Shown one piece after another: positions 9,399-17,661 of a stretch of DNA of 58,788 bases; position 1 is the stretch's first letter, and each line of letters starts with the position of its first letter. The notes beneath the pieces were generated by a model that saw only the letters and a list, made by a program, of their open reading frames with translations, did no database searches and was not told the origin of the DNA. The DNA lies in the IMG/VR virus record IMGVR_UViG_3300020420_000017, positions 1 through 58,788 of that record, one strand, 5' to 3'. The position numbers and the translations under genes are program-made. This stretch comes from a virus. Taxonomy: Duplodnaviria; Caudoviricetes.

Positions 9399-10570
9399 CT
9401 GTTTTTTTCAAAATTTAATTTATGATTTGTATTGTCTTGGATTAAAAAATCTGTATCAAGCATTTGATTACTTAGTCTTCCATCAACAAATTTTTCTACG
9501 TGTACTGCCATATCCTCAGCAGTAGTTACAGGAACGTTTTGACATATATGATTCAAATTTTTTACGCCACCTTGTAAATTAAAATCTTTTGGCAATTTCA
9601 TTATTGAAAGGCATTCTCTTAAAGTTAAATATCTATCTTCGTCTGGATGTGTTAAATGTTTAGGCATGTGACCAACAAAAGCACCTATTGTCCCTTTTGG
9701 AAAATGACATATTTTTCTCATAATGTTTCCACCTTGAGAAAGTTTTTCATGCATATTTAAACATCTTTCAGCTAACTTCGAATAACCTTGAGAATACATC
9801 CATTTAGAAACATTTTTATAATTTTCACCGTTCCATTCAATATAATCCATAGCATTTTGTGAGCGTGTTATTTTAGTATCTTGAAACTCTTTATGAGTAA
9901 TGTTACCACACATTTCTTCTAATACGTATCTGTAATATGGATTCTTAGAAGGAATATCTTCATTGGTAAGAACATTCATTGGATCTTTAAATTCACGTTT
10001 AACAGAACGAATAGTATCTTCAATTTTTTCATTGTCTCTTTTTATAAATTCAAACTGTGGTATTTTGTCGCCTTTCCAGAAAAAATAAAAAGTTCTATTT
10101 CTTACCTGTCCAAGCCCATGTAAGATAGACTTCGTTTTATAAATTGAGAAAGTATATCCAAACTTTTGTGCAATTTTTCTGAGTTTTCTGACAATTGGTC
10201 TGCCGATGTTTGAAGCAAGTCCTGGTGCATTTTCGCCCCAGAATACTTGAGGTTTGAGTGTACCCAAAACAAAACTAGCAGTGGTAAGCATCCAATCGTT
10301 AGCAGCAGCATCGCTACTAGCTGTAGGACTAAGACTACTAAGACCGGCACATGGGCAAACAGTATTAATAATCTCAACACTAGGTAAGTCAGGTACCCCA
10401 TTGTCTCCATAAAGATAGTAGGGAACTCTTCCTTTATAGTATTCCACCAAATGATTATCGTTTGCTTTGAAATCATCATAACTTATTATATATTCCGGTT
10501 TTCGTTGCAACACATTTTGCATTGCAATCGTAGCTCCTCCAATCAATGGTACTATGCTTGCATACTTCAT
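9371..10570 (-). CDS. DNA (cytosine-5)-methyltransferase-fold protein with atypical motif I
   Basis: Motif IV CPCAGLS, VI ENAP, VIII QVRNRTF, IX RYLTLRECLSIM, X QNVP; motif I reads VPLIGG. Confidence 0.75.
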   Translation of the reverse strand: MKYASIVPLIGGATIAMQNVLQRKPEYIISYDDFKANDNHLVEYYKGRVPYYLYGDNGVPDLPSVEIINTVCPCAGLSSLSPTASSDAAANDWMLTTASFVLGTLKPQVFWGENAPGLASNIGRPIVRKLRKIAQKFGYTFSIYKTKSILHGLGQVRNRTFYFFWKGDKIPQFEFIKRDNEKIEDTIRSVKREFKDPMNVLTNEDIPSKNPYYRYVLEEMCGNITHKEFQDTKITRSQNAMDYIEWNGENYKNVSKWMYSQGYSKLAERCLNMHEKLSQGGNIMRKICHFPKGTIGAFVGHMPKHLTHPDEDRYLTLRECLSIMKLPKDFNLQGGVKNLNHICQNVPVTTAEDMAVHVEKFVDGRLSNQMLDTDFLIQDNTNHKLNFEKNSVQLDAFMV

Positions 10571-11328
10571 TAGTGAGGTATCGTATGTTGTACAATGTAT
10601 TCATCAACTTTAACCTTTGGTTCCCAGCCTAAAGCTTTTAGTTCAGTTATGTCTGCAGTATTATCCTGCGCTTCACAAGGATCGCCGTCTGTAACTTCTA
10701 GTCCTTCCCATCCTGCAAGCTTACCAAGTTCTTCTACTACGTTACCATTACCTGTACCTATATCATATGCAGGTTTTAGTGTTCTAATATCTTTACTGAT
10801 TAATAATACTATTGCTTCTACCACATCACTTACATGTATGAAGTCCCTTACGTGTCTTGTGAGATACGCGATTGAGCCATCTAGTAATTTTCCAATTAAC
10901 ATTGATTCTCTTGCACCGTCACCATATACTGTAGTAAATCTCAATCCAACCTGATGATCGTATGCAGTTTCTTCATTTACTTTTTTACTCGTACCATAAG
11001 GTGATAGCCACCAATTATGAATACAGGATGAAGACGCATACAACAATGGTATATTATTATAGTGACAAATTTTTTGTATACGTGTAGTATTTTCTACATT
11101 ATTTTTCCAATATTTTTCTGGCTCTTTTAAACTTTGTCTTACATCAGCAAATGCAGCAAGATGAATAACGTAATTTGTTTCATAAATTTGTCGTATATCA
11201 AAGTCTTTTATGCACTTCGGTGGAGTTTGTTTTAAATCCCATTCGATTATTTCATGTCCATCTTCTTCTAATCTTTTTTTAAGATGACTGCCAATAAATC
11301 CTCTTGAACCGGTTAGTGCTATTTTCAT
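10570..11328 (-). CDS. NAD-dependent NDP-sugar epimerase/dehydratase
   Basis: TGSRGFIG, HLAA, YASSS, YGTSK, RFTTVYG, RDFIHVSD. Confidence 0.9.
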   Translation of the reverse strand: MKIALTGSRGFIGSHLKKRLEEDGHEIIEWDLKQTPPKCIKDFDIRQIYETNYVIHLAAFADVRQSLKEPEKYWKNNVENTTRIQKICHYNNIPLLYASSSCIHNWWLSPYGTSKKVNEETAYDHQVGLRFTTVYGDGARESMLIGKLLDGSIAYLTRHVRDFIHVSDVVEAIVLLISKDIRTLKPAYDIGTGNGNVVEELGKLAGWEGLEVTDGDPCEAQDNTADITELKALGWEPKVKVDEYIVQHTIPH

Positions 11329-12335
11329 TTGTTATTCTCCAAAAATTTTTCTGCTGTTGATAATGCTGAGTTGATTGCTTGATGCATGTCAATATAAACA
11401 TACATACCACAACGACCAATAAAAGTCATATTTGATTTGGTAAGTTTTTTATATTGCTCATACTTTTTTCTGTTTTCGCCGTTGACATCTTTTACTGGAT
11501 AGTATCTTTCAAAATTATTTACCATGTAATCACATGGCTCTTCATAAGTTAAAGTCGTAAACTTACTATTCATACCATGACATGGAAGGTTTTTCCATTC
11601 TGTTACTCTTGTATATGGACCATCATGTGTAAAGTTTACTGTGCCAGTTGGTAATACTCTTGTCATAGGTAAATCTACATGATGAAACTTTATTGAACGA
11701 TACGGTAAATTACCATAGACATATCCAAAGTAATCATCAATCGGCATTGAATTAAAAATATGATCAAATTCTTTTTCCATTCTTTTTTGAAAACGTTGAG
11801 AAAGATTTACACTAATATTTTTTTTATCTAAGATCAATTCGAATATTCTTGTATAACCATTTTTTGGTAATACTTGATATAAATCATTTGGAAAGTAAAA
11901 TTCGTTATCATCGTCACGACTTGGTATTCTTTTAATTATTGATGGATCAAGTTCTTCTATAGTCTTTCCCCACATTTTGTATGTATATGGTGCAAAGAAA
12001 GTATTTATGATATTTTCTTCACCTACTATTCTTTTCGTTTCTTTATTTACTGGTAACGTAACATACGTACCATCATAAAGTTGTGCTTTTACTTTATGTC
12101 TATATGGTACCCATTCATCAAACTGCGTTATCCAATCATATACTTTCTTATTATTAGTATGAAACAAATGAGGACCATACTTGTGAATTCTTATTCCTTT
12201 ATCATTTGTATAGTCATAAGCGTTACCACCTATGTGATCTCTCTCATCTATTACTGTAATATCATGACCAGCTTTTGCCAGCTGATGCGCAATTACTGCG
12301 CCAGAAAAACCTGCACCTACTACTAATATTTTCAT
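11325..12335 (-). CDS. glf: UDP-galactopyranose mutase
   Basis: GAGFSG, HIGGNAYD, HKYGPHLFHTN, RYYP, GRCGMYVYIDMHQAI. Confidence 0.92.
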   Translation of the reverse strand: MKILVVGAGFSGAVIAHQLAKAGHDITVIDERDHIGGNAYDYTNDKGIRIHKYGPHLFHTNNKKVYDWITQFDEWVPYRHKVKAQLYDGTYVTLPVNKETKRIVGEENIINTFFAPYTYKMWGKTIEELDPSIIKRIPSRDDDNEFYFPNDLYQVLPKNGYTRIFELILDKKNISVNLSQRFQKRMEKEFDHIFNSMPIDDYFGYVYGNLPYRSIKFHHVDLPMTRVLPTGTVNFTHDGPYTRVTEWKNLPCHGMNSKFTTLTYEEPCDYMVNNFERYYPVKDVNGENRKKYEQYKKLTKSNMTFIGRCGMYVYIDMHQAINSALSTAEKFLENNK

Positions 12336-13441
12336 ATATTCAAAGCCTTCTTCAATTCATTTTTTTGTATATTTTTATTTAACGGATGTTTAATATATAT
12401 CGACTTTTTTTGGAGTGCAGCTAGATCTTGTAGTTGTTGTACACTCATATCTTTAAGGTGCGATGCTTTTACTGATGCCGCTTCTTCATTACCGTATAAT
12501 ACCATTAGTTCTTCATAATCACCAATCAAGATTGAACCGGCATCAGCAACTTGTAATGGTCTTGCTCTCCACCAACCTGAACCTGAATGTTCATATCCTG
12601 GCATTAAACAACCCCATTGTTCTGCATAAACTTTACACATATCGCTTTCACCAAGTCTTCTTTGATTATCTTTACGAGAACCAAAGTATTCTATATCCCA
12701 TGGTACATCTTGCTTTTTTAGCCAGCTTAATGTTTTACCATGTGCTAGTGATGCAAAGTTAAATTTCTTTTCTTTATTCTCTGGACTTATAAAGTCTTCT
12801 TCATAAGTCGGTTGTAGTTGTGCTTCCATAAAATTTAAATCATGTAACTCCACATCACCTCTATCACCAGGTATTCTGTTTCTATGATAAGGATTTGGAT
12901 TATAATTAAATAATTTATCTTCTGGATATTCTAATAACTTATTCATATCACCTGTTGCAAATACAGATAATAATACAGGCGCTTCTTTCTTATCTAAAAA
13001 ATCTACAGCTTCTAATAACTGATCAACGTATGGTTCTAAAAACTCTTTACTTATTTGAGGATCTGTTACGTTTTGACCGATTAAAAAATCTTTCAATAAA
13101 CCTTCTTTATTATTTGTTTTTTGAATATCTTTAAATATCCATGGACATTTCCAATCATCAAATGCTAATATAAGTTTACTCTTATCGATATTAAATATTG
13201 ACCATAAGCCATTATAAAAAGTTAATTGCAACCTTTGTGTAGGTGATGCAAGAAAACAAATCACTCTATCATATTCTGATAAGTCTTCACCAACTTTTAC
13301 TATTCTTTGTTCAACTTCATGACCCATATCTCTTAAACATCTTAGTAAAGAATAATGTGATGGCACAACTTTTAACTGTTGTTTTAAGTAAAAGTTTTCA
13401 GTAACTTGGTTCTTATTCATTCCTGTGACGAGTATTTTCAT
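12332..13441 (-). CDS. GT-B glycosyltransferase, DNA beta-glucosyltransferase-like
   Basis: N-terminal KVVPS..LLRCLRDMGHEV, LAFDDW and C-terminal WRARPLQVADAGSILIGD resemble the T4 BGT layout (from memory); sits between gp42-like and sugar genes. Confidence 0.6.
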   Translation of the reverse strand: MKILVTGMNKNQVTENFYLKQQLKVVPSHYSLLRCLRDMGHEVEQRIVKVGEDLSEYDRVICFLASPTQRLQLTFYNGLWSIFNIDKSKLILAFDDWKCPWIFKDIQKTNNKEGLLKDFLIGQNVTDPQISKEFLEPYVDQLLEAVDFLDKKEAPVLLSVFATGDMNKLLEYPEDKLFNYNPNPYHRNRIPGDRGDVELHDLNFMEAQLQPTYEEDFISPENKEKKFNFASLAHGKTLSWLKKQDVPWDIEYFGSRKDNQRRLGESDMCKVYAEQWGCLMPGYEHSGSGWWRARPLQVADAGSILIGDYEELMVLYGNEEAASVKASHLKDMSVQQLQDLAALQKKSIYIKHPLNKNIQKNELKKALNI

Positions 13442-13445
13442 AATA

Positions 13446-13805
13446 TTATCCTTGTAAGTAGTTATAGCATTTACGTATCATAGTTTTTTCAAATTGTTTA
13501 TCATTTAGTTGTCTATTTCTTGGAGATGGATGTGGCATTTTAAAATGTTCTACATTGACTTTACGTAATGAATCAGATGCAACGTTGCCAAGTGCAATAA
13601 CTTTATTTGCCTCTTCGCACTTAACTAATTTATCAAAATCAACTTTATACTTTTCACCAACATCATCGCTACAATTCATAAATTCAAAATTTGTTAAACC
13701 CCATGCTGTACACCAATTTAATAATCTATCTATCGTATCATTCTTCTTTGGCTTTTCTGCACCAGAAGGATTCTGACCAATTATTACAACTTTATCCATT
13801 CCCAT
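13446..13805 (-). CDS. Small uracil-DNA glycosylase-superfamily protein
   Basis: VVIIGQNPS (motif A), IALGNVA, MPHPSPRN (motif B). Confidence 0.75.
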   Translation of the reverse strand: MGMDKVVIIGQNPSGAEKPKKNDTIDRLLNWCTAWGLTNFEFMNCSDDVGEKYKVDFDKLVKCEEANKVIALGNVASDSLRKVNVEHFKMPHPSPRNRQLNDKQFEKTMIRKCYNYLQG

Positions 13806-14251
13806 TTTACACCTGCTTCATCAAAATAATTTTGTGCATCTGCACACGATACTGCCCATTTATCATCAAGATGTCTACGTTCTGGCATAACTACTCTTTT
13901 TACACCAACCTGAATGAGTCCTTTTGCGCATTCGCCGCAAGCTGGTAAACCTACAACATAAACAGTAGAATCTTTTAAACATACACCATTGTCTGCAGCA
14001 TTATAAATTAAATTCATTTCTGCATGTACAATCATTTTATACTTTAACTGTTTATGTTCGTACCTATATGAGTCATCACTAATACCTCTAGGAAAACCAT
14101 TATAACCTTGAGCTATTACAGTACGATTTCTAACTGCAATGGCACCAACTTGTGTTGAAGGATCTTTCGACCACGACGCTACAAGTTTAGCCATTTCTAA
14201 AAATCTTATATCCCATTTATTTGACAAGATCAAAGTGCCTTTCATAAACAT
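13784..14251 (-). CDS. cd: dCMP deaminase
   Basis: SKDPSTQVGA, GYNGFPRG, HAE, PACGECAK; probable TTG start near 14227. Confidence 0.92.
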   Translation of the reverse strand: MFMKGTLILSNKWDIRFLEMAKLVASWSKDPSTQVGAIAVRNRTVIAQGYNGFPRGISDDSYRYEHKQLKYKMIVHAEMNLIYNAADNGVCLKDSTVYVVGLPACGECAKGLIQVGVKRVVMPERRHLDDKWAVSCADAQNYFDEAGVKWEWIKL

Positions 14252-14927
14252 GCAAGTTTTGTACTTGCCATATTATGTCACCAACTTCCATTTCTTTTCT
14301 ATAATCTGCATCTGCAGCATTTGATAAGTAACAGTCATTATAATCTTTCGTTAGTTCTGTTAGAACATGAAGCTGCCAAGCATAGTCATTTTTATATCCG
14401 AACACGACATCGTTTGAACGCATTTGGACCACGCAGTGTATTTTACCATCGCGTATGTAATAAGTAACGGCGTTAGTACATATGAAATCATTCTTACCAT
14501 CTTCATTATATTCCTCCCATATGCTCGGTCTTGTGTAAATCATTGTAGATCTACGGCCATCGATGTTTGCTAGTAATTCATCAAGCACTCTACCGTATTG
14601 GTGATGGTACTTATCAGAATAAATTATCTGACCATAGTTTGAATTAATTTCACCATAAGTATTTGCGGCACCCAACCATGCTTTTGGAACGTTTCTATTA
14701 TAAGTATCTGACATCCAGTTTACGTTTGTTGATTGACTTTCGTACCAAGCTTTTTCTATTTCAATATATTCATCACTTGGTGTACCAAATATAGCTGGTT
14801 TGTCTGCCATAAAAGATGCACCAATCATTTCAATAGTTTTTTGTCCGGTTCTATCGGTTACAAATTCTTCATTGGCTAACGCATCAATGAAATAATGTTT
14901 TATATCAGTTGTATTTGGATGTATCAT
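14217..14927 (-). CDS. 42: dCMP hydroxymethylase (gp42-type)
   Basis: INSNYG, DFICTNAV (catalytic Cys), MRSNDVVFGYKNDYAW with Asp at the cytosine-specificity position, NLHVYERHF. Confidence 0.88.
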   Translation of the reverse strand: MIHPNTTDIKHYFIDALANEEFVTDRTGQKTIEMIGASFMADKPAIFGTPSDEYIEIEKAWYESQSTNVNWMSDTYNRNVPKAWLGAANTYGEINSNYGQIIYSDKYHHQYGRVLDELLANIDGRRSTMIYTRPSIWEEYNEDGKNDFICTNAVTYYIRDGKIHCVVQMRSNDVVFGYKNDYAWQLHVLTELTKDYNDCYLSNAADADYRKEMEVGDIIWQVQNLHVYERHFDLVK

Positions 14928-15307
14928 ATTTTTATCTTTCTTAAAGGATGTTCTATTTTTTTATTAAACATATCTCTATCGGAGGATTGACCTTCCATCT
15001 TGCCACGCATGTAAGATACTGCAAACGAACAATAGTTAATTATATCTTTGTATGTATCTTCAAGTGATTCGAAGTTTGGATTACCACTACTTTCTAACAG
15101 TGATTGCGCACGATAACATTTACCTTGAATTATATCGTGTATACTATCGACACCTCTACGATAGTGCATTGCTTGTTTTACGTTTGAATCTTTACTTTGA
15201 TAATCTTCTGACTTTTTAAGTTGTAAAGTAATGCATTCATTTAAAACTTCTACTGATTCTTTTTTAACCAATGATTTCAATTTCATCTCCATACTGCCAA
15301 TGTCCAT
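14924..15307 (-). CDS. Nucleotide-modification-associated all-alpha protein (DUF1599/Nmad1-like)
   Basis: LQLKKSEDY ... ESLEDTYKDIINY pattern; adjacent to gp42; true start probably ~15271. Confidence 0.65.
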   Translation of the reverse strand: MDIGSMEMKLKSLVKKESVEVLNECITLQLKKSEDYQSKDSNVKQAMHYRRGVDSIHDIIQGKCYRAQSLLESSGNPNFESLEDTYKDIINYCSFAVSYMRGKMEGQSSDRDMFNKKIEHPLRKIKI

Positions 15308-15524
15308 TATTTAGATCTATTATACACTGATCTATCATACTTGTAAACATTTTTTTTACATTTATTCCACACTTAGAGAAATGTCTTTTTTCTGGCATTA
15401 GCTCAATTTTTTTAATTCTAGCTGGACCATATTTAGTATCAACTAAGTCACCAATATAAAACATATTATCATGCTTAACTTCACCATCTGTGTCAAAAGC
15501 TGTATTTAATTCTAAATTATCCAT
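15264..15524 (-). CDS. Hypothetical protein
   Basis: 86 aa ORF, GGAGG RBS. Confidence 0.6.
   Translation of the reverse strand: MDNLELNTAFDTDGEVKHDNMFYIGDLVDTKYGPARIKKIELMPEKRHFSKCGINVKKMFTSMIDQCIIDLNNGHWQYGDEIEIIG
15319..15347 (-). promoter_or_regulatory. Internal promoter driving the DNA-modification operon
   Basis: TTTACA-N17-TATAAT inside the 15264-15524 ORF, just upstream of the Nmad1-like gene. Confidence 0.7.
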
Positions 15525-15588
15525 AAATGTAACCTCCCATAAAACTTAAACCCCAACAAATAAAAATTATATCCCAATAATATTTCAT
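15517..15588 (-). CDS. 23-aa hydrophobic peptide
   Basis: Read manually: MKYYWDIIFICWGLSFMGGYIYG, AGGAG RBS, overlaps both neighbours. Confidence 0.45.
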   Translation of the reverse strand: MKYYWDIIFICWGLSFMGGYIYG

Positions 15589-15755
15589 ACTCTCTCCTCT
15601 ACTGAAAATTTCATAACTTCTTTACCATAGCCTTCGCCAACACTGCCGTCATTTAAGATACACTGAATAACTTCGCTCATTTGTTTTTTTGTATCTTTAT
15701 TAGTAACCCATTTATCACCATTCTTCATAGTGAATGTAATAGTGAACTTTCTCAT
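15585..15755 (-). CDS. Hypothetical protein (56 aa)
   Basis: Read manually: MRKFTITFTMKNGDKWVTN..., TAATG-coupled to upstream ORF. Confidence 0.55.
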   Translation of the reverse strand: MRKFTITFTMKNGDKWVTNKDTKKQMSEVIQCILNDGSVGEGYGKEVMKFSVEERV

Positions 15756-16132
15756 TACTTAATTCCTTGTTCTTTAGCCGCAGCTAACATTATTGGTGTA
15801 AAGATCTTTTCAATATTATCTTCCCACATATCCCAGCTATCTCTAGTAAAATATCTGAAAGAATTCATTGTAGGAATATTCCACTTATCAATATAGTAAT
15901 TTTCGTTTTGAGCAAAGATACTTACAAACAATCCTCTTTTATTACAAAGACCATTGTTAAAGAAATCATAAGCAGCATTTTGAGCTCTTCTGAACTTTTC
16001 TAAATGCTTGTTCTTTGACATTGGATTTTCACATTTACCAGCTGCTGGTATAAGCTCATTTAACTTATCTCTTAAGCTTTCAAAACCTGAGTTAACACCC
16101 CAGTTATTTGTAAATAATTCTAATTGTTTCAT
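15755..16132 (-). CDS. Hypothetical early protein
   Basis: AAGGGAG RBS, follows promoter. Confidence 0.65.
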   Translation of the reverse strand: MKQLELFTNNWGVNSGFESLRDKLNELIPAAGKCENPMSKNKHLEKFRRAQNAAYDFFNNGLCNKRGLFVSIFAQNENYYIDKWNIPTMNSFRYFTRDSWDMWEDNIEKIFTPIMLAAAKEQGIK

Positions 16133-16167
16133 AAAAAAACTCCCTTAATTTTTTATTTTATAGTTAT

Positions 16168-16196
16168 ATTATACCATATAAAAAAGGCTTTGTACA
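16168..16196 (-). promoter_or_regulatory. Early promoter
   Basis: TGTACA-N17-TATAAT. Confidence 0.8.
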
Positions 16197-16227
16197 CCTT
16201 TTTTTTCACTTATTTCAATTTTTGTTA

Positions 16228-16239
16228 TTAACATGTTAA
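16228..16239. promoter_or_regulatory. Palindrome TTAACATGTTAA
   Basis: Perfect 12-bp palindrome 31 bp upstream of the -35. Confidence 0.6.
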
Positions 16240-16427
16240 CTATCTCCAACAATTCTTTTTTCAACTTCTTTAATGTGTTTACATTTTCTAAATGCAATAC
16301 ATGTACAACTGAAACCACTATCGTACATAGTAACTTTATATTCATCGCCTTTTGATCCTATAACTGGCCATGTTACGCCAGTAAATGGATGCTTGTTTGT
16401 ATTAATAATTTCAGATGGATGAGCCAT
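16236..16427 (-). CDS. SWIM zinc-finger protein
   Basis: GSKGDEYKV...FSCTCIAFRKCKHI. Confidence 0.75.
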   Translation of the reverse strand: MAHPSEIINTNKHPFTGVTWPVIGSKGDEYKVTMYDSGFSCTCIAFRKCKHIKEVEKRIVGDS

Positions 16428-16623
16428 AGTGACCTCTTCCTTCTAAAGATTCAATCATCTCAGGACTATTAGTATAAAACTTATCTTGATGAGCAATATT
16501 GATCTTAGTTGAAAGTGTAACTGCTAATGGAGAATTTTTCTCAATAAGTTTTTGTGCAAACTCATCTTGATGAGCAAGTGACATTGCTTCTAATTGTTTA
16601 ATTATTGTATCGTAATTGTACAT
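16411..16623 (-). CDS. Hypothetical early protein
   Basis: AAGGGAG RBS, follows promoter. Confidence 0.6.
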   Translation of the reverse strand: MYNYDTIIKQLEAMSLAHQDEFAQKLIEKNSPLAVTLSTKINIAHQDKFYTNSPEMIESLEGRGHYGSSI

Positions 16624-16653
16624 TTACAACTCCCTTTTTAATTTTATAGTATT

Positions 16654-16682
16654 ATTATACACTAAAAATAAGTAAATGTACA
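16654..16682 (-). promoter_or_regulatory. Early promoter
   Basis: TGTACA-N17-TATAAT; TTAACGTGTTAA at 16694-16705. Confidence 0.8.
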
Positions 16683-16701
16683 CAAAAAAGTGATTAACGT
16701 G

Positions 16702-17661
16702 TTAAATACTTTTGTAAACGTATTCTAGAGCTCTATCAGCTTCTTTTTCCATTGGTCTAGATTTATACCAATTACCAGTCTCTGCATCAAGCTCTCTACA
16801 TAGAAAAGTAATTTCTTGAGCTGTAATAGGATATTTATTTTTTATTGCGTTTCCTGCAGTGGCAACCATGATTTGATACATCTTATGATACCAACCAGAA
16901 TTACTTATCATTCTATATTCTTTTTCTAATTGTCTAGGAAAGAACGGACAATTTTTATATGATGACCAATTTATATTACTGTTATCAAGCTTTGATTTTC
17001 TGTGCTCGATGATTTCCTTCTTCATATCTTCTGGCAATCTATCGAAAAAACTATTACTATTTTTTTCTCGATAAGGGTACTTATTCATAACCATATCTGG
17101 ATTGATAGAACTGCCATTGTTACTAAAGATAAAGTTAAAAGCATTATCATATTTTGCTGGTATATAATACATGCGAGATAAATCTTTGGTTTGTTTATCA
17201 CCGAGGTCGCCGAGTTCCGTTTGGAGAGCAAACCAAAAGTGTCGAATCTTTTTAGCCGGAACTGTTTTTGTAAGAGGGAAGACAAGGCGAAACTTTGGAA
17301 GAGATTGTGTAGAGCTAGCAGTAGAGTAACAAACGAACTTATAATTATTAAACCGTGTACGTAAATTTCCATATAGATCTCCTTCATATTTAAAATCATC
17401 TACATCAACCGCACACCAACTTGACCACATCGTAACATTGTCATTCTTACGAGTAGTCTCTGGCTTGTAACAAGCAGGTGACATTAATGGTGCGTCTTTC
17501 TTTGATTTTATTCTACGTTCAGCTAAACCATATAACGCTTTTTCAAAACTATTAAAGTCTTTAAATGTAAGCTTTTGGCCAGTTTTGTTATCAAAAATAC
17601 TATTGAAAAGAGTCAGTGATATTTCCATGATTACCTTCGTGATTTGGACCTTTCCAACCAT
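16702..17661 (-). CDS. AEP-like primase / prim-pol family protein
   Basis: RKNDNV...AVDVDD, YSTASS..PKFRLVFPL, KDLSRMYYIP; probable start MEISLTLF. Confidence 0.65.
   Translation of the reverse strand: MVGKVQITKVIMEISLTLFNSIFDNKTGQKLTFKDFNSFEKALYGLAERRIKSKKDAPLMSPACYKPETTRKNDNVTMWSSWCAVDVDDFKYEGDLYGNLRTRFNNYKFVCYSTASSTQSLPKFRLVFPLTKTVPAKKIRHFWFALQTELGDLGDKQTKDLSRMYYIPAKYDNAFNFIFSNNGSSINPDMVMNKYPYREKNSNSFFDRLPEDMKKEIIEHRKSKLDNSNINWSSYKNCPFFPRQLEKEYRMISNSGWYHKMYQIMVATAGNAIKNKYPITAQEITFLCRELDAETGNWYKSRPMEKEADRALEYVYKSI

Noticed and set aside
14217-14927. Second thymidylate synthase or dUMP hydroxymethylase
   Set aside because: Asp rather than Asn at the specificity position, gp42-like motifs, and ThyX already supplies dTMP.
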